DNA from: Clostridia bacterium
GTDB taxonomy: Bacteria > Bacillota > Clostridia > UMGS1810
DNA length: 64,000 nucleotides
Assembly (NCBI GenBank): GCA_045530725.1
Contig: JAZSCT010000034.1
Location: 7,396 to 71,395 of the forward strand
Direction of reading: 5' to 3'
The notes beneath the pieces were generated by a model. That model had not been told where the DNA came from, searched no databases, and saw only the letters and a program-made list of their open reading frames with translations. The stretch's first letter is position 1. Every line of letters starts with the position of its first letter. Below, piece by piece: positions 1 to 9,552 of this stretch. Position numbers and translations under genes: made by a program.

Positions 1-1267
1 TAATGTCTTTCGGTATGCTTTACAAATTTTATGTTTGGCTTTGAGCCGTCGCTTTTAAAATATGTGATTTCATATACTGCCTTTCCTTTCGGGATATTTC
101 CGGCAAGTCTTTCTATATCCAGAGCGATGATGTCGGTATAGATTTTCTTGAATGAGTGTACACTTACCTGTACGTCATTTATATAGTATTGGTTGTTGCT
201 TTCCGTTTCCTTACGGCTGTCACCCTGACGTATGATATTCATTGTCATAACAGAGTTATCTTTTTTGAATTCGATTTTTTCCACATCGGCAAGAATTTCA
301 AGATTTACAAGTGAGTCAACAAAGGTAAACATATTCATATCCATAAATTCTATATTTTTTGTTTCGATGCTTACCACATTGTTGCTTCCGCTTTTTCTCG
401 CATATGTATATATACCTGCTGAATGGGTATCTCCAATATATATATGCCCGAAATTGCCACCGTCGTCCGTGAAATAAAGAAGTCTTGCTCCATTTCCCAG
501 ACCGTATTTTGAAAGGTCGGACACGTCGTCTTCCACGAACTCCTTTGCCGAAATCAGCGGCAGATACTGTGATATATATGTGTTAATATTGGTCACATCT
601 GCACTTTTTCTGATGGGTGAAGTCATATTCCAGAGTTCTTCTCCTGTAGAGGAAGAAGTTTTTTCGAGTACTATTCTTCCCTCAGGTCCGTCAAATTCTA
701 TCTGGGAAAGCAGTTGTGAATCAGCAGAATGAAGAGTTTGATTTCTGAAGTAGGATACAGGTTGCATCATTGCAAGAGCCTTTGCAGAATGTATCACAAA
801 TACTTCCTTTGAGCCATCTACATTCAGGAAATATCCGTTTCCCTGAGTAAGATTTCCCACTCTGTAGGTTATTTCGCCATCAGGGTATGTTATTTTTACC
901 TGTGATTTCGGTCTGTCAAATCCATAGTCCGAAAGACTGAAAGCATCATCTGTTGCTTTTTCTTCTGCCACTACATTTTTTAAGAAGTTTTCCAGTTGGC
1001 TTATCATAGACTGATTAAGTTCTGCAGAAGGGCTTTCTATATATGAATACATTACGGAATCATTTTTTCTGAATGTATATGAGGAGTCGGGAAGTGTCAC
1101 CGATATTTCATTTAAGTATTTGTCAGAAATATCTGTGACTGTATATGTCTTTACCTCGTTTTCCTTTGTGCCATTATCCGATATGGGATCAAGATTTGTC
1201 ACCCATATTGTTATGCCAAGAAGAATCACAGCCACAACCAGAAGTATCACCAGAGACTTTTTGTTCA
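1..1267 (-). CDS. DUF4340-like membrane-anchored protein (partial; 3' end lies outside window)
   Basis: Reverse-strand ATG at 1265-1267 (MNKKSLVILLVVAVILLGITIWV..., N-terminal anchor) stays open to position 1, so it is absent from the ORF track. Its start abuts the stop of the GldG-like gene. Internal DLSKYGLGNGARLLYF...IYIGD resembles DUF4340 proteins, which usually follow GldG-like genes. Confidence 0.5.
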
Positions 1268-2710
1268 TCAGAGTTTCCTCCTTTTTACGAAGGTGACAAG
1301 TCCCCATAAGAGGAATATTGCAGGAATGATGATAACAGTCAGAACCATTACTCTCTGTGACTGCTCTTTAGAAATATCCATTCCGCGGTTTGTGATATTC
1401 TTTGGTCCCACATCAAGAAGAGAACTGGAGCCTGTTGTGTATTTTATACAGTTTGAAATATAGTCTGCATTTGCAAAAGCGGAATTTACAATATAGTTTC
1501 TGTCGAAGAGTTTTTCTCCGCCGATAAATACTGCCTGGGCCTTCTTTCCGCCGTCATACATTCTCTCTGTAAGGCAGGCAACTGCAAAAGGACCCTTTAC
1601 TTCTTTATTTCCGCTTCCCGAAGGAGACATTGTTACGAAACTCTTGTCGCTTGTGATAAGAAGCGGAGTATATGTGATATTTTTTGCACTTGATTTTCGG
1701 ATTGCTGTAGCATCACAGGAAAGGATTCTTCTCTGTGCGGTACCGATAGAATCGATTATATCGTGGTTGTAAAGATCTGGCAGTAGTTCAAGAGGAATAT
1801 CTGCGTGATGTGCGCTGCTTCCTTCTACTGCATAGCCTGGTATGAATTCAACACCCCATTCTCTGAAGTATTCTTCTATGTTTGAAAGATCTTTTTCATT
1901 TGAGTGTCTGTCATAAATTACCATAAGGTTGCCGCCTTTTTTCATATATCCGTTAATGGCGGTTATTTCCTGTGGTGTAAAGTCGTCAACAGGATTTATG
2001 ATAAGCATATCTGCATTTTCGGGAACGGAAGTATTTGTAAGGTTAAGTGAACTGATATCCCCATAGAGAAGAGGGAAACTTTCTTTAAGATAAGGTGCGG
2101 TTATGCTTTCTCCGTGACCTGTAGATACATATATTTTAAGTTTCTTTCCATATACGGCATAGTCAATAGCACTTGACAGATTCTGCTCTGATTTAAGAAG
2201 CAGCATATCATCCTGATAAAGATTTGCCAGATCGGAAGAATCAATTATTCTGTATTTTTCTTTGTAGGTTACTATTATGGAGATGTCATCCATATTTTCA
2301 CCGGAGTCTTTTTTGTATCTTTCATAAATTCCCGGGTCTGTTTTGGGATCTATTTTTTCAAATGAGATTTTTCCTGTCATTGACTGAAATTTCTCTATGA
2401 TTGTGTATGTAGAATCAATTACATCATACGGGTCGGAGTTTTCTCTGAATTTGTCGGGGATGATGGATATGATTTTTACTTCGCCGTTTTTTACTGAATC
2501 ATCTTTGTCAAGTTTTTTGATGATTTCCTTTGTAATCGGAGAAAAGTCAAGAAGGTTGGATCTTGACAAATCCACTTTCAGATTGAAGTTGTTGTTTATA
2601 AAACCTGACAGGATGTTCACCGAGGCAAATATTACAATCACAAGAAGTACAATTACCCAGGATGTTATTTTCATTGATATATTGTTTTTCATAATACTTT
2701 TTCCTTTCAA
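1268..2710 (-). CDS. GldG-like ABC transporter auxiliary protein (ABC_transp_aux family)
   Basis: 480-aa ORF with N- and C-terminal TM segments flanking a large external domain. Third gene of an ATPase-permease-auxiliary operon. ATG at 2692 (MKNNISMK) is an equally possible start. Confidence 0.65.
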   Translation of the reverse strand: MKGKSIMKNNISMKITSWVIVLLVIVIFASVNILSGFINNNFNLKVDLSRSNLLDFSPITKEIIKKLDKDDSVKNGEVKIISIIPDKFRENSDPYDVIDSTYTIIEKFQSMTGKISFEKIDPKTDPGIYERYKKDSGENMDDISIIVTYKEKYRIIDSSDLANLYQDDMLLLKSEQNLSSAIDYAVYGKKLKIYVSTGHGESITAPYLKESFPLLYGDISSLNLTNTSVPENADMLIINPVDDFTPQEITAINGYMKKGGNLMVIYDRHSNEKDLSNIEEYFREWGVEFIPGYAVEGSSAHHADIPLELLPDLYNHDIIDSIGTAQRRILSCDATAIRKSSAKNITYTPLLITSDKSFVTMSPSGSGNKEVKGPFAVACLTERMYDGGKKAQAVFIGGEKLFDRNYIVNSAFANADYISNCIKYTTGSSSLLDVGPKNITNRGMDISKEQSQRVMVLTVIIIPAIFLLWGLVTFVKRRKL

Positions 2711-2728
2711 AAATTCTGTTTTTGTTTT

Positions 2729-3433
2729 TTAAATCCATCTTTTTTTATCAATGTGATGAACTGTTAGAAAACTGAACAGACTTACAACGCTTATGTAGTA
2801 TATAACTGCCTCTGTGTTGATGATTCCTCTGGAAAAGTCTCCGTATCTGGCAGAAATTGAAATGTGGTTTAAGAATGCGGCTATGTGAGGATTTGATACA
2901 TTGATTGCGATACGGTCTATTATAAACAAAACAAAAAGTATTCCGAATGTGGCAACTGCAGAGATAAGTTGATTCTCTGTAAGTGCGCTTATGTATGTTC
3001 CTATTGATATAAAAGCAGAACTCATAAGAAGAAATCCTATATACTGGCTTATAAGTTCTCCTCTTGAGATTTCGCCATATATTGATATGATAAACGGAAA
3101 TATTATTGTGAGCCACAATGAAAGCCCATATACACTTATTGCCGCAAAGAGTTTGCCAAGGACAATATGAGTGATACTTACAGGTGCGGTAAGGAGCAAC
3201 TGATCGGTTTTTGAATTTTTTTCTTCGGACAGAAGACGCATTGTAAGGATAGGGATGAGAAACATCTGTATGGTATTCAATCCTTCAAAAAACGCCTTTA
3301 GGTTGGAGGTGTTTTCCTGTATGTTCGTTACCATAAAGGTAAGGGCTGATGCAAAGAGGAAAAATCCTATGAATATGTAGCCTAATGGTGATGAAAAGTA
3401 CGCTTTAAGTTCTTTGTTGTATATTGCATTCAC
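2729..3433 (-). CDS. ABC-2 type transporter permease (GldF-like)
   Basis: 234-aa hydrophobic ORF with multiple TM helices. Only a 2-nt gap to the upstream ATPase gene. Confidence 0.75.
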   Translation of the reverse strand: MNAIYNKELKAYFSSPLGYIFIGFFLFASALTFMVTNIQENTSNLKAFFEGLNTIQMFLIPILTMRLLSEEKNSKTDQLLLTAPVSITHIVLGKLFAAISVYGLSLWLTIIFPFIISIYGEISRGELISQYIGFLLMSSAFISIGTYISALTENQLISAVATFGILFVLFIIDRIAINVSNPHIAAFLNHISISARYGDFSRGIINTEAVIYYISVVSLFSFLTVHHIDKKRWI

Positions 3434-3435
3434 TT

Positions 3436-4473
3436 CTATTTGTCCTCCTTTTTGATTCCAAGCATATCATTGAATGTTTCTTTGAATGATTTCTTTTTTT
3501 CTTTGGGTGCCGGAGTTTTTTTCACAAGTGAAACTGCATTCTCTCCGGTGAGTTTTAAGAATATTTCTTCAAGGGTAAGGGTGCTTGATTTCATGGATAT
3601 AATCGGAAGTTTTGCCTTTGCCAATGCATAAAACACATTTTCTCTTGCATCCTTTCCGAAGTCAGATATTATACTGTATTCAAGCCCGTCCCTTGTTTCT
3701 TTCACAAATTTTACTTCAGATACATTTTCTATATCGTTTGTAAGGATACCATCTGCTTTTTCTTTGTCACCTGATACCGTAATGGTGAATTCTTCCTTTG
3801 ATGAAAGCATATTGCTTATTTCATCAGGAGAGCCGTCTGCCATAAGAGTACCGTTGTTTATGATGATAATCTTTTCGCATACAGAGTCTATTTCCTGAAG
3901 TATATGAGAACTTAAGATGATGGTTTTTTCTTTGCCCAGTTCTCTGATGACGTTTCTTACTTCGATAATCTGCTTGGGATCAAGACCTACTGTAGGCTCG
4001 TCCAGTATAAGTATTTCAGGGTCTCCTATAAGTGCCTGAGCGATTCCCACTCTCTGTTTATAGCCTTTTGACAGGTTTCTTATGAGCCTTTTTTCCACAT
4101 GGTTGATTCTTACAAGAGCAACAACTCTGTTTATGTGGTCTTCCTTTTTGAGTTTTGACTTTGAGCATTTTAAGTCAAATACAAATTCAAGATACTCCCT
4201 TACTGTCATATCAGGGTACAATGGCGGAAATTCGGGAAGGTATCCGATTCTTTTTTTGCATTCATCGGGGGATTTGAGAATATCATATCCTGAAACAGTC
4301 ACACTTCCTGCACTTGCGGAGAGATATCCTGTGATAATATTCATTGTGGTGGACTTACCTGCACCGTTAGGACCTAAGAAGCCGACGATTTCACCTTTTC
4401 TGATAGAAAAGGAAATGTTGTCAACTGCAAGTTTTTGTCCGTAATATTTGGAAAGATTTTTTACTTCTATCAT
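3436..4473 (-). CDS. ABC transporter ATP-binding protein (GldA-like)
   Basis: Walker A GPNGAGKST, signature LSKGYKQR, Walker B ILILDEP. Start moved from 4512 to ATG 4473 (MIEVKNLSKYYG), which is preceded by AAAGGAAA. Confidence 0.9.
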   Translation of the reverse strand: MIEVKNLSKYYGQKLAVDNISFSIRKGEIVGFLGPNGAGKSTTMNIITGYLSASAGSVTVSGYDILKSPDECKKRIGYLPEFPPLYPDMTVREYLEFVFDLKCSKSKLKKEDHINRVVALVRINHVEKRLIRNLSKGYKQRVGIAQALIGDPEILILDEPTVGLDPKQIIEVRNVIRELGKEKTIILSSHILQEIDSVCEKIIIINNGTLMADGSPDEISNMLSSKEEFTITVSGDKEKADGILTNDIENVSEVKFVKETRDGLEYSIISDFGKDARENVFYALAKAKLPIISMKSSTLTLEEIFLKLTGENAVSLVKKTPAPKEKKKSFKETFNDMLGIKKEDK

Positions 4474-4613
4474 TTCGTTTTTCCTTTCATATGTAGGCAC
4501 AATAATGCACATAAATTACTACATTATATTATAACATATAATTGTAAATAATGTGTAAATATTTTTATGTAATATTTGACAAAAAAGAATGTTTGTATTT
4601 GTTCAAATCATAC

Positions 4614-4646
4614 AAAAAAGGACTGTAAAAATCATTTTTACAGTCC
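4614..4646 (-). terminator. Rho-independent terminator after aspS
   Basis: 12-bp stem GGACTGTAAAAA/TTTTTACAGTCC (4620-4631/4635-4646), 3-nt loop, then a U-run on the minus strand (A-run 4614-4619). Confidence 0.75.
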
Positions 4647-4664
4647 CCTTGTAAATTGTGGGTA

Positions 4665-6443
4665 TTATTCTTCAGTTTTTGAAATTTCGATTCCCAGTTC
4701 GTCAAGTTGTCTTTTGTCAACGGTATCAGGAGCGTTGCTCATAAGTTCGGAAGCGTTCTGTACTTTAGGGAATGCAATGACGTCTCTGATGCTTTCTGAC
4801 TTTGTAAGAAGCATTACAAGTCTGTCAAAGCCATATGCCATACCGCCGTGAGGAGGTACACCGTATTTGAATGCTTCAAGAAGGAATCCGAATCTTTCGT
4901 GAGCCTGTTCTTTGGAAAGCCCGATGATATCAAACATTTTTTCCTGAAGTTTGTCATCAAATATTCTTATTGAACCGCCGCCAAGTTCACATCCGTTGAG
5001 GATGATGTCGTAAGCCTTTGCTCTTACTCTCTCAGGTTCACTTTCAAGGTATTCAAGGTCTTCATCCATTGGTGATGTGAAAGGATGATGCATTGCCACG
5101 TATCTTCCTTCTTCCTCGTTGTACTCAAGAAGAGGGAATTCTGTTACCCAGAGAAGATTGAACTTGTCTTCGTCGATAAGTCCGTTATTTTTTGCAACTT
5201 CAATTCTCAATGCACCAAGTGAGTCAAATACCACCTTGTCCTTGTCTGCTACGATAAGGATAAGGTCGCCCACTTCTGCTTCTGCTTTTTTGATAATAGC
5301 ATTTATTTCATCTTCTGTAAGGAACTTTGCGATAGGAGACTGAACGCCGTCAGCGTTTATTCTCATCCATGCAAGACCTTTTGCTTTGTATGTTTTTACA
5401 AATTCGCCAAGTGCATCAACATTCTTTCTTGAAATGTTTTCAGAAAGGCCCTTTGCATTGATACATCTTACAGAGCCGCCTGCCTCGATTGCACCTGTAA
5501 ATACACCGAAACCGCAGTTTCTCACTTCGTCGGTAATGTTTCTTATTTCAAGACCAAATCTTGTGTCAGGTTTGTCAGAACCGAATCTGTCCATTGCTTC
5601 CCTGTATGGAAGTCTTAAGAATGGTGTTTCAATATCTTTATTAAGAACTTCTTTGAAAACTCTCTTTATAAACTGTTCATTTACGCTTATTACATCGTCG
5701 ATTTCAACAAATGACATTTCAAGGTCAATCTGAGTAAACTCAGGCTGTCTGTCTGCTCTTAAGTCTTCATCTCTGAAACAACGTGCAATCTGGAAGTATC
5801 TGTCCATACCTGCAAGCATAAGAAGTTGTTTGTAAAGTTGTGGAGACTGTGGAAGAGCATAGAAATGTCCGTGATGAACACGGCTTGGTACAAGATAGTC
5901 TCTTGCCCCTTCAGGTGTACTCTTCTGAAGCATAGGTGTTTCTATTTCCAAAAATCCGTTTTCGTCATAGAAATCACGTGCAAGTTTTGCTATTTTGTGA
6001 CGGAGAACCATCTTTCTCTGCATATCAGGACGACGAAGGTCAAGATATCTGTGTTTGAGTCTCAGTTCTTCTTTAACGTCGCTGTTTTCTTCGATGTAGA
6101 AAGGTGGTGTCTGTGATTTGTTTAAGATTCTCAGTTCTGTAACTTCGATTTCTATTTCACCTGTAGGCATATTCGGGTTGATGGATTCTCTCATTCTTAC
6201 AATACCCTTTGCCGCAAGTACATATTCGCCTCTTACAGTAGCCGCCTTTTCATAAAGGTCCTTGTTGTCTGTGTTGAAATAAAGTTGAATAATGCCTGAA
6301 ATATCTCTTAAGTTGATGAATATAAGACCGCCAAGGTTTCTTACCTGGTCTGCCCATCCCATAAGTACAACTTCTTCACCGATGTTATCTTTGGAAAGGG
6401 TTGCACATTTGTGGGTTCTTTTTAATCCTTTTAAGTTTTCCAT
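4665..6443 (-). CDS. aspS: aspartate--tRNA ligase
   Basis: 592-aa ORF with class IIb synthetase features: FRDEDLRADRQPEFTQID (motif 2 region) and GGMAYGFDRLVML (motif 3). Confidence 0.95.
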   Translation of the reverse strand: MENLKGLKRTHKCATLSKDNIGEEVVLMGWADQVRNLGGLIFINLRDISGIIQLYFNTDNKDLYEKAATVRGEYVLAAKGIVRMRESINPNMPTGEIEIEVTELRILNKSQTPPFYIEENSDVKEELRLKHRYLDLRRPDMQRKMVLRHKIAKLARDFYDENGFLEIETPMLQKSTPEGARDYLVPSRVHHGHFYALPQSPQLYKQLLMLAGMDRYFQIARCFRDEDLRADRQPEFTQIDLEMSFVEIDDVISVNEQFIKRVFKEVLNKDIETPFLRLPYREAMDRFGSDKPDTRFGLEIRNITDEVRNCGFGVFTGAIEAGGSVRCINAKGLSENISRKNVDALGEFVKTYKAKGLAWMRINADGVQSPIAKFLTEDEINAIIKKAEAEVGDLILIVADKDKVVFDSLGALRIEVAKNNGLIDEDKFNLLWVTEFPLLEYNEEEGRYVAMHHPFTSPMDEDLEYLESEPERVRAKAYDIILNGCELGGGSIRIFDDKLQEKMFDIIGLSKEQAHERFGFLLEAFKYGVPPHGGMAYGFDRLVMLLTKSESIRDVIAFPKVQNASELMSNAPDTVDKRQLDELGIEISKTEE

Positions 6444-6453
6444 AATTGTCTCC

Positions 6454-7710
6454 TTATCTTAATGCGTCAGCGATTTTTTTCACATCAAGTTCTGTTTCTG
6501 TAATTTCGCCGTTTTCCATACATTTGAGTCCCGCTTTTTTGTTATTGATTTCATCATCACCGAGAACGATGGTGTATTTTGCATTGAGTTTGTTTGCAAA
6601 TTTCATCTGCGCCTTTACGCTTCGGTTAAGGTGGTCACATTCTGCCCTGATACCTTCTTTTCTAAGTCCGAATGTAAGTGCCTGGGCATACTTTGCCGCT
6701 TCCTCGCCGATGGATGCTACAAATATATCTGTGTCATTGGGCTCAGGAATCACAATACCCTGTTCTTCCATTGTAAGGATCAGTCTTTCCAACCCCAAAG
6801 CAAAACCTGTTGCGGGAGTATGAGTGTGACCAAGTTCCTCAATAAGACCGTCATATCTTCCACCGCCGCAGATTGTGGAGTTGGAATTTTTGTTATCGGC
6901 AATGATTTCAAATACGGTTTTTGTATAATAATCAAGACCCCTTACAATAAGCGGATCGATATGATACTCAATACCCATTCCTTCAAGATAGGATTTAACC
7001 TTTTCGAAATGTTCGCTGCACTCATCACAGATACAGTCGAGAAGAAGTGGTGCATCCTTTACTATGCCCTTGCAGATATCAGACTTACAGTCGAGGATTC
7101 TCAATGGATTCTTTTCAAATCTTGACTTACATGTATCACAAAGATCGTCATAGTAAGGTTTCAAATATTCTTTGAGTTTTTCGTTATATACACTTCTGCA
7201 GTTAGGACATCCGATACTGTTGATATTAAGTTTCAGATTTTTAAGTCCGATTCTTTCATACAGAAGCATTGCAAGACTCATAAGTTCTGCATCTACAGAG
7301 GGATCCTGACTTCCCAGACTCTCTGCACCGAACTGATGGAATTCTCTGTATCTTCCTGCCTGTTTGTTTTCATAGCGGTAGCAACTTATGATGTAGAAGA
7401 GTTTTGCAGGCTGGGGGATATTGAAAAGCCCGTGCTCGATATAGAGTCTTGCACAGGGAGATGTGCCTTCAGGTCTTAAGGTGATACTTCTCTCGCCCTT
7501 ATCCATAAAGGTGTACATTTCCTTCTGTACAACGTCTGTTGTATCGCCTACGCCTCTTTCGAATAATTCTGTATGTTCAAAAACAGGTGTTCTTATTTCC
7601 TTGAAATTGTATTCTTTGCATATTTTTCTTATTTCGTCCTCAAGATACTGCCATATGTGGGACTTATCAGGGAGCATATCGTTGGTTCCCTTTGGTGCTT
7701 TTGTAAGCAT
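6454..7710 (-). CDS. hisS: histidine--tRNA ligase
   Basis: 418-aa ORF with typical HisRS strings: KAPKGTNDMLP, FRYENKQAGRYREFHQFG, GGGRYDGL. Confidence 0.95.
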   Translation of the reverse strand: MLTKAPKGTNDMLPDKSHIWQYLEDEIRKICKEYNFKEIRTPVFEHTELFERGVGDTTDVVQKEMYTFMDKGERSITLRPEGTSPCARLYIEHGLFNIPQPAKLFYIISCYRYENKQAGRYREFHQFGAESLGSQDPSVDAELMSLAMLLYERIGLKNLKLNINSIGCPNCRSVYNEKLKEYLKPYYDDLCDTCKSRFEKNPLRILDCKSDICKGIVKDAPLLLDCICDECSEHFEKVKSYLEGMGIEYHIDPLIVRGLDYYTKTVFEIIADNKNSNSTICGGGRYDGLIEELGHTHTPATGFALGLERLILTMEEQGIVIPEPNDTDIFVASIGEEAAKYAQALTFGLRKEGIRAECDHLNRSVKAQMKFANKLNAKYTIVLGDDEINNKKAGLKCMENGEITETELDVKKIADALR

Positions 7711-7747
7711 TGAATCACTTCCTTAATAATATATAAATCCATCCTTC

Positions 7748-7776
7748 ATTGTAATGAAAAATAGGGTATTTGTCAA
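7748..7776 (-). promoter_or_regulatory. sigma-A type promoter for hisS-aspS
   Basis: On the minus strand: TTGACA (7776-7771), 17-nt spacer, TACAAT (7753-7748). About 35 nt upstream of the hisS ATG. Confidence 0.5.
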
Positions 7777-7810
7777 GTGAATAACCAAAAAAATGTTTCT
7801 CTTGTTGAGA

Positions 7811-7839
7811 TTGACAAAAATCACCTTCAGGTGTATATT
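7811..7839 (+). promoter_or_regulatory. sigma-A type promoter for the 7880 membrane-protein gene
   Basis: TTGACA 7811-7816, 17-nt spacer, TATATT 7834-7839. A GGAGGTGA Shine-Dalgarno lies at 7863-7870. Confidence 0.5.
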
Positions 7840-7879
7840 TAAAGAGTAGATAAGTATGTATCGGAGGTGATGGATTCTG

Positions 7880-9280
7880 ATGGGAGAAAAAACAAGGATT
7901 TATCATATTTTTGCAGCATTTTTAGTTGTGGTGTTTTTGTTTCTTAATGTGTATTCTCTGTGGTTTGGTGCAAAGAATACAGGCGATATCATTACGATCA
8001 CTGACAGTTTTACCCTTTCATCGGATAAGACAGGTACAAGTGTATATCTTAGTGATAGTCTTAAGGAAAAAGGTGATATACACAGATATCATTTTCTTAC
8101 AGATGACTCTATGGCGGTAAGAATTGCAGGATACCTATCAAAATTCATAAATCCTCTTTATGTGTGGATTATAATAAATATGTTGAGCACATTGTTTATA
8201 ATATATATGCTTATATCCCTTCTTTCTTCAGAAGAAGGGGGAATACTTAAGTTTGTTCTTGTGGTTCTCTTTCCCTTTCTTCCGGGATTTTTCCGCGGCA
8301 GTGTTCAACTTGGAGCATATACACTTTGCGGGGCACTCGTTCTTTGTGTGATATATATCGGCACAATTAAAGGCGCATCGGTTGTCAAATGGTATCTTGC
8401 AATGGCTCTTTGTGCGATTGTTGTATCGGTTCTTCCGGAATTTTGGATTATAGTATATATAATTCCGTTTGTGGCATACAGGGATATAAAGATCAGTTAT
8501 GACGGGGGAAGGGCGGCATCTCATATATTGTTGCTTCTTCTTACGGCAATTATAATTCATTTTGCTTATTTAAGAGCGTTCGCCGACTATAGTGAACTGT
8601 ATTCGTATCTTACGGGGACAGAGTATCTTAATTCCACTTCGGGCATAAAATACTTTATGTGCTTTGATACTGTAGAAAAAATCGGGATTTATCTTCCTGC
8701 TTTTGTTATGGCAGTTGTATCATTTGCAGGGTTAATTTTTGTAGAAAAATATGTGAGAAAGTACATTTACCCGGGAGTTTTTCTCTATATCTGGATGGTA
8801 CTTTTTGCACCAAAGAATTCATATGTGATAACAGTTATATATCCTGTTTTGTTTTTTGCATTTTCAAAGACTCTTATTCATGTGGGTTTTTTAAGAACCA
8901 TTAAGAAATATGTGACAGTTTCTTTGTGCATTCTTCTGCCTTTGTGCATACTGTGTTGTATAAATATATCTTACTCAAATCATACAAAAGGACTTCTCAC
9001 CACCTGTTATGTGCAAGAGTATGCCAAATTGTATGATGAATATGCAAAAGAAGATTCTCTTGTGCTTTCTGTAACAGATGAGAGCAAATCCGCTATGCAT
9101 ATGTATGCTGCATATCCAAAAAAGACTATTCTTTCAGTACCGGATGAAAAAGAAGTCACTCGCATTGCAGACACATACCGACCTTGCTGTGTTGTGTCGG
9201 AATATGAAATATCTCTGGAAGGATATGAAAAAGTACTGAATGAAGAAGGTAAATATGTATATACATTATACGTTAAATAG
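7880..9280 (+). CDS. polytopic integral membrane protein of unknown function
   Basis: 466-aa ORF with a strong SD and roughly 10 hydrophobic helices. An ~80-aa loop follows TM1 and a ~100-aa soluble C-terminus closes the protein. No motif I recognise. Confidence 0.6.
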   Translation: MGEKTRIYHIFAAFLVVVFLFLNVYSLWFGAKNTGDIITITDSFTLSSDKTGTSVYLSDSLKEKGDIHRYHFLTDDSMAVRIAGYLSKFINPLYVWIIINMLSTLFIIYMLISLLSSEEGGILKFVLVVLFPFLPGFFRGSVQLGAYTLCGALVLCVIYIGTIKGASVVKWYLAMALCAIVVSVLPEFWIIVYIIPFVAYRDIKISYDGGRAASHILLLLLTAIIIHFAYLRAFADYSELYSYLTGTEYLNSTSGIKYFMCFDTVEKIGIYLPAFVMAVVSFAGLIFVEKYVRKYIYPGVFLYIWMVLFAPKNSYVITVIYPVLFFAFSKTLIHVGFLRTIKKYVTVSLCILLPLCILCCINISYSNHTKGLLTTCYVQEYAKLYDEYAKEDSLVLSVTDESKSAMHMYAAYPKKTILSVPDEKEVTRIADTYRPCCVVSEYEISLEGYEKVLNEEGKYVYTLYVK

Positions 9281-9332
9281 TGAAAACTGATTTTATATAA
9301 TGGCATAAGTTTATTATGATTTATTAAACGGG

Positions 9333-9365
9333 ATGTGAAAATCTGATTTTTACATTTCGTTTTTG
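9333..9365 (+). terminator. terminator after the membrane-protein gene
   Basis: Near-perfect palindrome ATGTGAAAATC-T-GATTTTTACAT (9333-9355) followed by the T-rich TTCGTTTTTG. Confidence 0.5.
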
Positions 9366-9481
9366 CGTTTATTATCTCAGAAAAAATGCAAAAAGATATC
9401 CTATTTTTGCAAAAATAAGTAAAAAACACCCTGATATTTGGAAAAAATGCGAAAAAACAAGAGGAAACATGAAAATAATAC

Positions 9482-9510
9482 TGGAAATTTCGTTTGTATA
9501 GTGATATAAT
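9482..9510 (+). promoter_or_regulatory. glg operon promoter (extended -10)
   Basis: TGGAAA 9482-9487, 17-nt spacer, TGaTATAAT with TATAAT at 9505-9510. The ORF-track GTG at 9517 would sit at the transcription start. Confidence 0.45.
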
Positions 9511-9552
9511 ATATTTGTGAATCTCTATATATTGTTCGAAGGGGGAAGCAGT

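Noticed and set aside
2397-7125. Numerous 60-165-aa ORFs opposite the ABC, aspS and hisS genes (for example 4082-4444, 5386-5733, 6446-6823, 6631-7125)
   Set aside because: All are antisense or out-of-frame overlaps of genes with clear family motifs. None has an SD or an independent promoter.
9357-9460. Recurring TTTTTGC/GCAAAAA motif upstream of the glg promoter, as a candidate regulator binding array. It includes GAAAAAATGCAAAAAG at 9380, the palindrome TTTTTGCAAAAA at 9405, and GAAAAAATGCGAAAAA at 9441.
   Set aside because: The region is extremely A/T-rich and low in complexity. The motif is short and I cannot distinguish it from chance without genome-wide statistics. I also found no cre (CcpA) site.
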